A DNA stretch of 62,105 nt, the filler included, from Choristocarpus tenellus KU-1152 (Eukaryota > Protista > Phaeophyceae), in NCBI GenBank assembly GCA_964200185.2. It is 13 parts of 13 records of this genome, joined end to end, with 100 filler letters (N's around TTAATTAATTAA, not from the genome) between each part and the next. Parts side by side here need not be neighbours in the genome. Positions count along the whole stretch, not along the records: positions 46,923 to 49,834 come from CAXNAD020023710.1; positions 49,935 to 54,985 come from CAXNAD020012037.1; positions 55,086 to 62,105 come from CAXNAD020006844.1; 10 more parts are not named here. One strand, given 5' to 3'. Shown here one piece after another: positions 48,614-61,053 of this stretch; position 1 is the first letter of the stretch, and each line of letters starts with the position of its first letter. Under the pieces are notes generated by a model. The model was not told the DNA's origin. It made no database searches and saw nothing but the letters and a program-made list of their open reading frames with translations. Both the position numbers and the translations under genes were made by a program.

Positions 48614-49299
48614 CTAAGGCTTACTCATGGGGGCCAGGTCTCTGAACCAGACAATCAATGCCAAGTCAAATGAGGTATTCTGAAGGTGCAGGCCTTCTGT
48701 GAGACAAAATGTCTTGTACACCCTGTCCAATTTGGTGCACTCCATACCTTTCTCGTTGGAATATATCAGGTGGTAAGCAATTATAATCCTGAAGAACCTC
48801 TCCAAAATTACTCTGGACAGCCCCCCTTTCTCCTTAAGACTGTCAGGAATGTTGGCTCTCATTCCGGGCAACGTGTAGTCACAGTGGCCTCGTACATAGT
48901 GCCTCGCCCGCCCCCAGACCATTTCTATCGGGGTCAATTCACAGTAGTACTTTGGAAGTATCAAGCAGTGTCCTCCAAGACGCTCAACCAGAATTTCAAG
49001 ACTTGGTTCTACCGCCTTGAAATCTGGCTGTCCCCCAGGAATGTACGCCACGGTCATGCTTTTATTTCTCTTTTTGCCTCCGTCCTTGGTCATCCCTGGG
49101 ATAAACCTCTCTCTTGCAAAATCTGTCTCATCCCCTTAACTTGTCCAACTAACTTCCCCTTCTCGCCTTGTGGAGGTGCAGAAATCCTCAGCCGATATCC
49201 CTTGCCCCTGGGCTCCTGGCGGCACCGGACAAACTCAAATCCATCAGGGAGTGACCGCACCACAACGTCAACGTCGTCAGGTGATAACTCGGAGCTCAT
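48614..49299 (-). mobile_element. IS630/Tc1-mariner-type DDE transposase relic (C-terminal half, disrupted reading frame)
   Basis: KGMRQILQERGL, then QPDFKAVEPSLEILVERLGGHCLILPKYYCELTPIEMVWGRARHYVRGHCDYT, matching the recalled eukaryotic motif KG.K.VL.ERGL...QPDF...GH...FLPKFHCELNPIE..WG.AK...R..CDYT. Split over two frames. Confidence 0.8.
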
Positions 49300-49409
49300 T
49301 GGGCGTCACATTTTTCTTTGAGGGGCTAAAACAGTATTAAGCTGAGGCCTGCCGCCCACGTACCGTTTCATCGGTTACCAATCTTGAAATTTTGAAAAGG
49401 TTGCTCAAC

Positions 49410-49657
49410 GAGTTAATCGACGATCATCATATCGAATGAAAGGTCTTGATCTAAGCTATCGATTTCCGCAAAGAAATTCTTGGGGAAAAATATGTTTATC
49501 GTGATAATTTATTCCGAAACATTTTCAAGGTTATCCTGAAAAGATTCGGTAAAAATATAACATTTCCAAAATAATTTAACCCGTGTTTTTTTTTTTTGTG
49601 GAATTCGATAGCTTACATCAAGAGCTTTCATTCCATGTACTGATCGTCGATTAACTC
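49410..49657. repeat. 248-bp foldback element with about 67-bp imperfect inverted arms
   Basis: Left GAGTTAATCGACGATCATCATATCGAATGAAAGGTCTTGATCTAAGCTATCGATTTCC; right arm reverse-complemented reads GAGTTAATCGACGATCAGTACATGGAATGAAAGCTCTTGATGTAAGCTATCGAATTCC. Confidence 0.9.
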
Positions 49658-50025
49658 AGTATCATCAGTATGATCCTAGAGGCGACTGCCACTGTATGTG
49701 ATGTCAGTTGATGAGGAGTGGACTGCAGTTGACCTTCTAAGGTGGATCGCTCAAATGGCATATTTGGTACTATACTTGCCCTTGATACCCATACGTGCAA
49801 CAAAACATAGGGTGGGGATGCATACCATACCTCANNNNNNNNNNNNNNNNNNNNNNNNNNNNNNNNNNNNNNNNNNNNTTAATTAATTAANNNNNNNNNN
49901 NNNNNNNNNNNNNNNNNNNNNNNNNNNNNNNNNNACAAAAAAATCGGGACATGAAAAAATTGACTCCAAATGGACAGTCCCCCCCCCCCAGATACTTTGA
50001 GTGACAGGTTGGGCCTAGAATGTGT

Positions 50026-50130
50026 TCAGAGGTCCCTTCCAGGCACGCACTCGTCTTCTCTGCCGAGTCTGCTCTCCAGGGCGTTTTGAAGGGAAGCTTG
50101 AATGTTCTCCCTGAGGGTTCCGATCTTTTC
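50026..50130 (-). CDS. Possible terminal exon of an unidentified gene
   Basis: TGCAG acceptor followed by EKIGTLRENIQASLQNALESRLGREDECVPGRDL*; GC-rich relative to its flanks. Upstream exons were not identified. Confidence 0.35.
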   Translation of the reverse strand, partial: EKIGTLRENIQASLQNALESRLGREDECVPGRDL

Positions 50131-51369
50131 CTGCACAGCATAGGAGCAACAGGGAATGTGGTAATCTCAGTTCAGCTTTTTTTCAGTTGCCATACGACAA
50201 GCTTTTACTATGTCACTCAGCATATCCTCAGTGGCTACGTCAACTTTTTTTTCTTCTCATTTCAAGTAAAATAAATTATTTCATGGCAAAGGAACTTTCT
50301 TCCCCATCCTGCTACAATGCAATCTGGGTCCATCTTTCAGAGTTGGAGTTGCTTATTTCCGTTACCTAAGCTTTTCTAGTGAATCGGATGGGCTTTGCAG
50401 GTGCTTTCCAAGGTGAGGGTTAGGGCTAGGGTTAGGGTTCTCCGTAGTCTGATTCATCAAACCAGACACTAGAATAATAAGAATCTCCGACATTGGAAGT
50501 TCGCTGACCCCCCTGCTATGATACTGTGGTTGGAAGCTTGGGATCATAATAATAATGGTTCCAACAGAGAAACGGAAGTTTCTATAATAATGATGTATTA
50601 TGACGCTTAATAATGATGTATTATGAAGCTTAATAAGAGGCTCAAAATACACACAAAGGGAAGACATGAGCGGAACATCTTGTTTTTGGATGTATATGGG
50701 TATATGTATATGGGTATCAATCTACATCCTCGTCGCACTTGAAAACCTTCAACGTCGAATCAATGAACCTGTACTTTCCCCCCCCCCCAATTTGAATATC
50801 ATGTTTCCCGACTATTCGTTGTGAGAGTCGTAATTAGTGTGGATATTCAGAAGAGTTAACTGCTGAGTTAGTGTATATGATTAATGAAGGTATCCAAAAC
50901 GCCAGCTGCAAGGCTTCAGTAGCAGACCTTCAATCTTGTGCAGCGTTCCACCCAGCAAGTATGCTCGTCTGAATCATTACACGACCTCAGCAACGCCATC
51001 TCAGCACCACACCTTACATGCAATGCCCCCCAAATGGGATTAAAATGTTAACAGTTGGGGCTGTGTAGGAAGAATAACTAGGCAGGGAGTTCACAGCTAT
51101 GAATACTGGCAAAGTCCTGGGTATATTGAGGGCTTTGCAAGCAACTAGCGGATGGTGAGACCAATTTGATATGACAAAATGGAAATATTTCTGTTGAGTC
51201 AACTGCAGTGGATAAAATGGTTCAATGCTGGGAAACAATGGGGTCAAGAGGGGACTTGATAAATAGAATGGCGGCAACTGAAAAACAACATTACTGACAT
51301 AAAGAATACAGCCACACAAATTCCTTTTCAGTGGGAAGTTCTTAAATATAAGACTTGAATATTATCTAA

Positions 51370-51631
51370 GAGTCAAAGTAAGCGAGAGGCTAGGGTTAGG
51401 GTTGCATTTAGGATGCTGACAAATATGTGCAAATTTCGGCATTTTGTGCAAATATATGTAATTTATTTTCTGAATTGTGTGGAAATTTTTCAAACCATAT
51501 GAGAAACAACACTCTCATGTCAAACTGAGCACTCTCATTCATAGAAAATGGGTGAATCGCAACAGATCAAAAACGTTGGCTGAAAATGCCAAAACGGACA
51601 AAACCTGGGTACCTCTCGTACATTTTGACTC
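51370..51631. mobile_element. MITE type 3, full copy
   Basis: GAGTCAAAGTAAGCGAGAGG ... GTACCTCTCGTACATTTTGACTC, with TAA on both flanks. Confidence 0.8.
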
Positions 51632-54600
51632 TAACATGTCATTCACCGTGCAAATCAATGCATTTTATTATTTGGTTTGCAAGAAAAAAAGCCAGGGCTA
51701 GTCACATCTAGGTATGAACATATTGTCAAGAATGCTCCAATGCAGCACCCAAATACTGAAGGAAGACGATTTCACACAATTTTCCCTCTAATAGAGCCCC
51801 ATAAGAGGACCACCAAAGAGTGATACACTCCAGAGTACTTGCTAACATCCCACAGAAAATGTGTACGAAAAAACAAGAAAATTGTTGTCAGTCTCCTGTG
51901 CCAGCCTTTCTGATCCAGAACCGAGGAGTTGAATACAACAGCATACACACTTTCTGATCCACCTCAAGGACCATAGTAGCTCATAGTGTACATAACAGCA
52001 TAGACATGTCAATAACTATGACATTGCATGAAATGCGCAAATTTGGCATCTCAAGACTTCCCAAGTGGGTTTGAAATAATTGTTGCTCTCTCACAGAAAA
52101 TCCACGCATGTGGACAACAGTTCTTGATATCACATTTCCACAGCCTCTAATGTTCCTCTCAAAAACTATGATAATGCAACTACCTCTTCAGAGTTGTAAA
52201 AATTGGTCCTGAATAGTTAGGATTCCCCAAGGTATGCTTGTAGCCACAAACCTCTAATTGCATGTTTCCAATTTAATGTATCTCCTACCTCTTTCTAAAG
52301 CTCATTTGTATGGTATTGGCTATGGAGTTACAGGCTATTTCAATAATTACTAGCATAGAGTGATAGCTTCAGTCAAAGTACCCAATCCGTTTGAAATCAA
52401 GCCCATAAATAGCTATCCTCCTATATGCCATGTGACTATGGGGTTATCAATGTTACCTCGAGGGTCCTATTACATTGGGATTCTCACCGCTCAGCCTCTA
52501 GACTGCTGTCCATTGCGTGTATGCTAAGCAACTCCTTCAGATTCTCTAATGTTCGGAAGGCGTACGTGAGAGACCCTTTTATTCGATCAGTCTCCACCTC
52601 GAGAATGAATTCCTGTCACAGGTAGTCGCGTATGAGGATAAGGGAAATTCTGAGTAGTCAAACACATACATTCAGGAGTAGGAATACTCTCTGTTCAGTG
52701 AGTGCCCTTGTGCAATTGAATGGTTTTGGTAGTAGGATTCAAGCAATCTATCATCACCATCCTTGTCCCCTTGAATGCAAAACCTGCTGCAGGGAGGACT
52801 CCGACAATTGTTCTAGGACTAAGACAGTTAACGTGGAGTGTTCTAGATAGAGTTTGCTCTTCTTTGAGCTCTTTTTCTTGGCGGGATTGTTGTCTCACAC
52901 TTGCAAAACAAAAAAAAACGATTTTCTTGACACCCACGCTTCCTCAATATACGTTTCATGAAAAGAACGATAAGCAAATTGCCAATATGTGCTTGCTTCA
53001 ATCATGAACCTTTTGCCATACTCCATCCTAAACCTACTGAGCCAATGTCTTACGAGCTCCTCCTCTCTCTACTTGGGCATCTCGTCCAACCTTCATCAAT
53101 AGCAGAAAGTTAAAGGTGATGTAACAAAGAGGCGAGACTTTCTAGCCCTTCCTTTGTGTGAGCACCATTACTGTACTTGAATTTAGTTGCCTTCCACTAA
53201 CCTGTACGCGCCCCCCTCCAAAAACAAATTGTTCAATGGCCTGTGTCTACACAAATCAAATGAAAACAATGTGGTTCAGAACACTCAGAAATAACAATAC
53301 GAATACCAGTGTTGCACTGTTGATATAACAATACTGTACAAAGTACTACGCAATGTTGATATTGTCATTGGACTCACTGTAGATATTTGATTTGTTGAAT
53401 GTCCTTGCTCCATTCCAACCCATCTTTGAAGATCTCCCTCAGAGCGCTGACCCCAAATAGGCCGACTAATTGCACACCCAATGAGTCTCTCTCTCAAAAT
53501 ATCTCTCTTTCGGGTTTTCAGTCCCAAGTGATGAACATGTAGTTCTAATGATTAACGTTTGAATTCCATTTCTCGAAATCTGTGCAATTCTAGTCGCATA
53601 AACCAGTCAATAGGGGATTTCTTGCCTGTTCCAGATCAAATGTAATCCCTTGCTTCCCAGCACGTTCAATTTGATCGTGGAGCCACTTCCTGGACAGGAA
53701 CAAGGAATTGATGTGTTCAAAGGATGCTTAATGATCCTCAATTGTGACAATGCCAGGAGATCAGGGGAGGTGAAATAGATTCTGCACAGAGAAGAGAGGA
53801 CTTCAAGCTCATGAACAGGCGTAAGGGTGGACGAACAAAGAGAATTGATATTGAACCACTTTTTTATTTTTTTATGAAATTGCGCCTTCTGAATGACATG
53901 TTTTGGGATGTTTGGTAGTGTAGGCATGTAAAAGGGAGAACGGAAAGTGGTCCCAGATTTGAAGGGGTCGGATTCCTAGGAGGTTGTTGAGTTTGGGTGT
54001 CTGCAACTACCACAATGAAAGTGTGTTCTTTCCCTCTCCACCTACTTGTTGCATGCCATACTTGCAATGATATACCATACTTGATCCACCACTATAGCTC
54101 TAAAGAATGATCCCATTCATAGTGCCGAATCCTATACTCACAGATCTCACAATGCATATTTCATAGAATGTATTGGAAAACAATGCTCCATTGCTTATGC
54201 AAGTGCCTGCTTCAGAGATTGAATAACGATCACTTCATTGGTGATACTCTGCTATGCTTGTCATGTGAACATGGAGGACGATCACTTAATTGAAATCTGA
54301 CAAGCGATGTGCACCAAAATATATATCTTTTAGGTAGGTCTTCCTTTTGCAAACCTGTAGAACTCTTGTTCCACACCATTGGAAAGGCTCTTTATTCTCC
54401 TTGTGCAGAAATCCACTATTGTGTTGAGCACATCCTGTTCATCCGCCAGCCACAATAAGGCTTGTTTAGCAGACCTAGAAAGGATAAAGTTACATTCTGT
54501 GAAGACTTGTACATGTTGAATGCAGGGTTGTATGGCGCCAAGCCAATTATTTCTTCTGCTACATCCAGCATAGACAGGTATCGATCAGATTATACACTTG

Positions 54601-54659
54601 AATGCAAACACCCTTTTGACATATTTGATTCACTTTGAGAAACATCATTTTTGATGTAT

Positions 54660-54780
54660 GGGTAAAACTGGGGTCAATACTGGTCCAACAGATTATAAGA
54701 ATTTTAGCAAAGTCCAGTAAGCAGTACTTCTTCACTTGTGGAATGATCCACAGGGATGCAAAAAAAACGAGCTGTGTTTC
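54660..54780 (+). pseudogene. Small LINE (L1/Tx1-like) reverse transcriptase remnant
   Basis: AACTGGGG...ACAGATTATAAG-A-ATTTTAGCAAAG reads NW....TDYK/ILAK with a 1-nt insertion (compare NWRPISLLNTDYKILAK), followed by MIHRD (compare IIH.DQ). Confidence 0.35.
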
Positions 54781-55386
54781 TATTGTAACGTACTACTACT
54801 ACCAGATAAAAAATGGCAAGTACTTGGAGAGGCAGGCAATTCTGGCATACTTGAATCGGTGAGACAGTAGTATTAGCTGTTCCAGGACATGTTCAATAAT
54901 GGATCAGGCTCAAAGTTTCAGGAGGGGGGGGGGGGGGGCTACACCCGAGGGCCCATCCCGGCCCGCACCGGGAAAAGGGCACGCCNNNNNNNNNNNNNNN
55001 NNNNNNNNNNNNNNNNNNNNNNNNNNNNNTTAATTAATTAANNNNNNNNNNNNNNNNNNNNNNNNNNNNNNNNNNNNNNNNNNNNGGTCAAAAACGGACG
55101 CCGGCACCCCCCCCCCAGATACTTTGACCCCTGTTCAACTACAGAAGAGGGTGTTTGAAAAACAAAAGCTATAAATAACTTGTTTGTGTTGGGTTACTCG
55201 TACTGTACTGTCTTGTTTTTTTTTGTGCCCCCCCTTTAAAAAAAACGGGGCAGTGTTTGAAATGCTGCGATTGTTAAAAATTGCCGACGATTAAGCGGCC
55301 TGGGGAGGGGGTGGGAGCTGGTGGGGACAAACAGTTGGCAAGGTTATTCCACTTCATAACGATTACTAGCCGTTCTCACTTGCTAC

Positions 55387-55690
55387 CAATAATCTCGTCG
55401 TGTATTATCACTGAGTGTTCCAGTTGGTGCAGGTCTGAAATGAGGTGCTGGTGGGTAGCTATCCACAGCGCGATGACATCCTTTGTCTCGTGTAAGAAAT
55501 TCTTGCTGTAACCCGGGGGCCGGACCAACATTTACAGTGAGAGAGGGGGGGAAATTGGGGGTGGGGGTGGGGGAGGGGGAGGGGGAGGGGGGGGAGGTAT
55601 TAGTGTGTGTAGGTTGNNNNNNNNNNCACTCTGCGTGTGGCGCGGGGGGAAGCTGCACAGGGGCAGGGGGGAGCCGGAGGGGAGGGGGGG

Positions 55691-55749
<59 letters not shown>

Positions 55750-58700
55750 AGATATTAGTGTATGTAGGTTGAGGGGAAAAGTTTGGGAAATTGGACGTAA
55801 GGAATTTGTAGTGTAGTAAGGCGTGTTCAACAGCAGTGGGTGATAGGGTATTGCTTGCAAGAAGTGTAGGAGATGAGGGTAATACTACTTGAGAGGAAAG
55901 GGTGAAGGAAAGCGAAGGAGGGATGAGGTGAATGCGTTTGTTGGGCGGGGCAAGGGGATTGAACGGGGGCATGGTATGTTGCGGAATGAGTGCAGGGTAT
56001 CTATTTGTTTATTGAACCATTCAACACACAGGTGTTAGAACAGTCAGGGTGGGGACCAGAATGAGAACTAGGCACCCAAATGTTACATTTTAAGGATACG
56101 GACAAATATGTGCAAAATTCGACTTTTGACTTCAAATGGATGTGGGATATTTCCATAATTCTGTCTAAGAACTTTCAAAAAGTAGAGAAATCAACACTCT
56201 CAACTCAAACTTGGCGTCCATCCACAGAAAAACGGGTGAATCATAAAAGAGTGATAATCTGACTTCAAATACAAAACGGCCAAAACCTGGGCACCTCTCA
56301 AATACTTTGTCTCACTACATCGTATCAATTACTCCATGAGGGTAAAGGGAGGGGAGCTGAACTCAATACCATGGATTCACCATTCAGGTCAGGTCAAGAG
56401 GCTGACGAATATCTCATCTGTCAACCACAGAGTAAGTAGGCAGTCCTTCTAACCCTTGCCCCACTGATAAAATAACCACCCAAGTAACAAAAAAAAAATC
56501 CCGCCTCTCTCCATCACCCACTCTTCATGCAGCCACTTGGAGACAGCTAAGGACCAGCACAGGGGATGCCTCAGGGTGAACACAAACACCGTTTCACGAC
56601 CTGTGGGGGTAGGAGCATACCCGTGAGGTTGTCGAGATAGCCAATACAACAAAGGTGATCGAGTTAGGACTAATGCAGATAAAAACTAGGATGGCGTTAT
56701 GGATTCAATCAACTACAATTGAACTCCACTGGATGCAATCAACCTATCTGAGGTCGACTTTTGATAGGGTGTTTGGTCACAGCTCCGTGCATTTGCCGTG
56801 CATGTTTCGGTTCTAATTGAACCCATTGAACGCACAGTAGCATAACCCGGAACAATTTAGAACTTTCTCACGCATTTCCCACATGTAAATTTATTCTGGG
56901 ATCATTCCTCAAGTACTCTATAAAAGGATATAATATGAAATATGTACTTGCACATACACAGTTTCCTATTGCCTACTACCATCTTGCAAGGCGTCTTGAC
57001 CGAAGATAGGATGTAGATAATGTTTTAAAGAAATTTGTGTTTCAAGTGAGCAAGAACGTCTGATGGCCGCGCCCTATGGGCTCATGAATTATTGTGCATG
57101 ATGTTCAGAGCTCTAAGGAGTCACTCGAAGCACATCAATAGACCGCATACTGTGTCACACATTCTACACCGTAGACTACTCACTCTTATTGCCATGCATT
57201 CTACGTAGAAGTTCAACCACCTCACACCTCCAAGAACTCTTTGTGCGGCGTTACATGTTTCTGGAGAGCAGAGCAGGTTTCTCAGGCGAGGGGTATCCCT
57301 CAACTCCACCAATAGAAGGCGTCTCCCGTTCATAACACGATCTCCTCTACGATGGACGACCTGCTGCCCTCTTCATATTTTCCGAGAGTTTCAGGAGGAT
57401 CTCTATCGAAGGCGTTGACTGCGACAGCAACATTATCCAATGTCCGAGGGCTGGCTCTATCCTCCAGAGAATGGATAGAGTTGAAAATCCCCCTGTCAAA
57501 CATGTCAACATCATTGGGGCTATTGGACAACTGCTTGACTCCAACACCCCACCCGTCATCTGCGCACACCTCCATCACATCTGCCTCATAGACACTGTAC
57601 CTTTCCAAGAGCTGACCACCTTCCCTTTTTCCAGGGATCACATTGCCAATCAGAATTTTGGTGCAACTTTCCTGGGTGACACCCGCCATCTTCGACTCCA
57701 CTGTCCCTATTCCTCCTGCTCAGCCTCGGTAGCGAATCTCTTTAAACAATCGGAAAGACACGCCAAGCTTCCCATCCAAATTGCTCTTGACCACGGTGTG
57801 AAATCCATCAGTTGTAAGGAACATCAGCTTGGGAATGACCCATACATTGCATGAACCTAATGGACGGGAATCTCCTCGCCATCGTAGATCATGATATGTG
57901 TGTCCTTACGGATGTGATGGAACCTTGTTCGAACCCTGAGGTCCCTCGATGACCAAGCGCACACTTGTGACTTGAGGTGCATTGCCTATGCAAAGCCCGT
58001 GTCTTAAGAGGGTGCACGTGAACCTCCTTCTGTACAACACAACTAGGACCTTTACCCTTTTTCTTCAAGTGCCAGTCTCTCTGTTGCTTTGAATGCAAAC
58101 ATCCCTTGCAGATCTAAACACCAGTACAATATTCCACTACAACAAGAACGTCATCTTACAAAATGGCAATCAAATTGCCCAATACTCCCTTCTCCTCGCG
58201 GCTACTGTAGGAGGCGGGGGAGTCAGTCAACACAACTCTTTGTTCAACACAGATATTTTGTTAGGCACATGGTTGTGATGACACGGGTCCTTCCCCGCCC
58301 TATTGTACACACGTAATATTCTGGCACATATGTGTTGTTTAATTAACCTTCCATCCAGGTATGGACAAGTATGGCAGTTTTAAACAATTGGAATCTGCCT
58401 TACACCTGGTCACTCACACACATTACACAGGACGAACACACTCGCACGAACAAGAAAAACCCCAGGAATATCCAAAGTATATACCTTCCTCTATCTCAAC
58501 TGCACCACAGAACTTTTGTTCCCCCACCACATATCTTGAGGATCACATGTTCTGAGAGGAATAAAACACCCTGGAATGTCTTTGTTTCTTTGTTGAGGGT
58601 AGATGACCAAAAAAAGATAACCTGTGGCATGAATGCTCTGACACTTCAAGAAAGCTATTAATAGTACTGTCACCTTGGACCAGCCATATTTCTACACCCA

Positions 58701-61053
58701 CAAGAACCATGCATCAATACCAGGAGCACTCAATTTTCCTCTCTTCAATCGTGTATAATCTGCTTTTGGTCCTTCCTCTCCACCCAACCCTTCCACATCA
58801 CTCACTCCTTATATCTTAGCATTTACTAATATAGAATAGCACTTCACGTATTACAAATTTGGGGTAAAATTGAGCAACAAGTGCCGCAGTTGTTTCCTTC
58901 CACAGCATGCCTGTCTCTCTAAAATCCAAAGGATTCCACCACCTCTCTTTTTACCACCGCAGCCTCCTCCTGATCCCTACTTCAGCAATATACATCAACA
59001 TAAGTCGTGCTCAGTGCTACTAGAGGTGAGCATTATGGAAACGTGTACTACAGCAGTAGTAAGTCTTGAAGCACGTATGAAACAACACAAGTACAAGGTC
59101 GTTGCAATGAGTCAGTGGGATGTGTAGTATTCACCATTTATGATAGAGACAACTACCTCCCCCCCTCAATCATGCCATCTCCCTAGAAACCTCCCCCTCA
59201 CCAAACGTCTCCTGGAGGAATGTGGGGTACAAAATGTTCTCTGGTGTTTTCTCCAAGAGCACTGGCTTGATATCCCAGTACGGACCCCAGTCCCTCATCA
59301 GTGCCTCCCTTGCCTCTTCCGAAGAGACCCCATAGGCACCAACATCCTTCCTGATCTTCCCTACCTGGCATACAAATGTATTCAAGTATATGTATTTGTT
59401 GTGAAGTTTTTTCTATTCTGTCGTTCATTTCCTTAGTAAATTTCTCCAAGTGCATTCTCCGTTTTGTCGTCAGGGTGTAGAGAGAAAATGGAAATATATT
59501 CAGGAAGTGATATTAATGTATTGCATGGACTGTGCGGGACAAGCTCTCCAAAGGGACCAAAGATTGACTTTACACTGCAATTTAATGCTTCAAATGAATT
59601 AGAGAGGCACACTTGCATCCCCTGGTTTTGGCGATCTCAGCTAATGCCATGTGGGTAACTCAGACTTGATGTGACCTCCTACATTCCAGTGCACTTCACA
59701 AGTTTTCTACACCACAGAATGAGACTCAAAAGAGAGGCAAACAAAAAGCGATGCAAGTGGGATTACTTGCCTGCCCTGAAAATGACACCCTGCCGTAAGT
59801 TAGCACGTGGTCAGAGTGGAAGGATTGTAAGGAGGCAAAGGTAAGGCGTTCAAAAGAAACTCTGGGAAGGAGGGTCGGTGAAAACATTAGCACATCCATC
59901 GTCCTTGTCTTATCCGCACCTTTGGACCGTGCATTTGGGTGAACAGGGGGAAATTGAAGTAGGGGTAGACAGTCTGAACAAACTTGCCCTCCAATCCACC
60001 AGTATCTTTCACGCTCAAGAAGTAATCACGGGTGAATCCATGGATAGTCCAGGGCTGCAACTCGTTCAGTTCGTCTGAAATAGGGGTGGAAAGAGAGGTA
60101 CGTTTGTGTGGGCGAGGCAGGAGAGAAGAGAAACTATCGGTAGCAAGTCTGAAAAATTGAACACCAATGAACGAATAAGTTTCGACTTGACACAGACCAT
60201 ACCAGTTGTACAATCTCCAGATACTCTAGAGTAGCAACTCGGTCCAGAAGCTACTTGTAAGGTGTGTCTTGCCATATTGATGCTAGTGGAATGTCATGGA
60301 TCTGCAACCTTTTCTAGTAGATCCAAGGCCCAAAAGTTACTTGCACGGTGTGTCCTGCCAGATTGACGCTAGTGGAATAGGATGGATTTGCAACCCCTCC
60401 CATCACTCTTCACATGTCGATCAGTTGTTGCGTTGACGAAAGCGATCACTGCATTTCGTTCACCTTGAGAGAGATGTTCGATGCCCATCCCGCTTACGAA
60501 GCTCAGATTTTCCAATACTCCGGCTACAAGGGTTGTCGCCGACCTTTGGAGGCCCCCAACGAAGACGTGTTTCCATGGGTTCTCCGCACGCGCGTCTGCA
60601 TGCTGCTGCACCCAGTTCGCATTAATCCACCCACCCTCCACTGCCTCTCCAGGAGCTAAGGTAGGTACTCCAGGAACAGGGACTGGTTGCGGTGAGACAG
60701 GAGCTTCTAGGGATGCGGCCCCCAAACGCCGGAATTGGGCCTCCTCTTTCTCTATGGTCAGGTCATGACTTGTTGGATTTGACCCTCCAGGTAAGTTGGA
60801 AGTGTCCGATGGACGCACTTTCAGAAATTCCCCAGAAGTACTGACCAAGGATAGCACCAGCACTAGAGCCTAGTGGCAACGTGGCATCAGGGCAGTGGTT
60901 TATCGGTGGTGGCGGAAAGGACCTGCTGTAGTGTTCGCATTTCGCAACATCGAGTTCATTCACATTTCCTTGCATCGAAAACCAATTTCTTGCACCCACC
61001 AACAAAGCTCTTTCACAGTGGCCTCCACAGACCAAGAGTAAGCATTTACGCAT
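55387..61053 (-). CDS. Signal-anchored (Golgi-type) PAPS-dependent sulfotransferase, 3' end missing
   Basis: Phase-consistent exons 61000-61053, 60464-60869, 59920-60074, 59202-59364, 56518-56600 and 55387-55501. They encode a hydrophobic N-terminus (RALLALVLVLSLV), 5'-PSB loop VFVGGLQRSATTLV, WGPYWD.KPVLLEKTPEN, 3'-PB motif FVFTLRHPLCWS and ALWIATHQHLISDL. Confidence 0.85.
56070..56313. mobile_element. MITE type 3, left end eroded, in a sulfotransferase intron
   Basis: Collinear with 51403-51631; ends CACCTCTCAAATACTTTGTCTC. Confidence 0.7.
57330..58100 (-). mobile_element. Decayed plant/oomycete-type mariner transposase inside a sulfotransferase intron
   Basis: IPKLMFL (about 57820), LDGKLGV (about 57770), VTQESCTKILIGNVIP and GWGVGVKQLSNSPNDVDMFDRGIFNSIHSLEDRASPRTLD. 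Compare recalled I.KVMFL...FDGKIG...QPPNSPDLNVLDLGFF.SIQSLQ....PRTIDE. Frameshifted; the QQDNA block is missing. Confidence 0.8.

Noticed and set aside
55681-55748. Very long G run (also the C run at 21476-21525) as G-quadruplex or poly-Pro/Gly coding sequence
   Set aside because: Both lie close to gaps and low-quality sequence; homopolymer length is unreliable and may be a sequencing artefact.
59433-59618. Extra sulfotransferase exon or non-canonical intron
   Set aside because: Exons 59920-60074 and 59202-59364 join directly in phase with canonical GT-AG sites, so no extra exon is needed.
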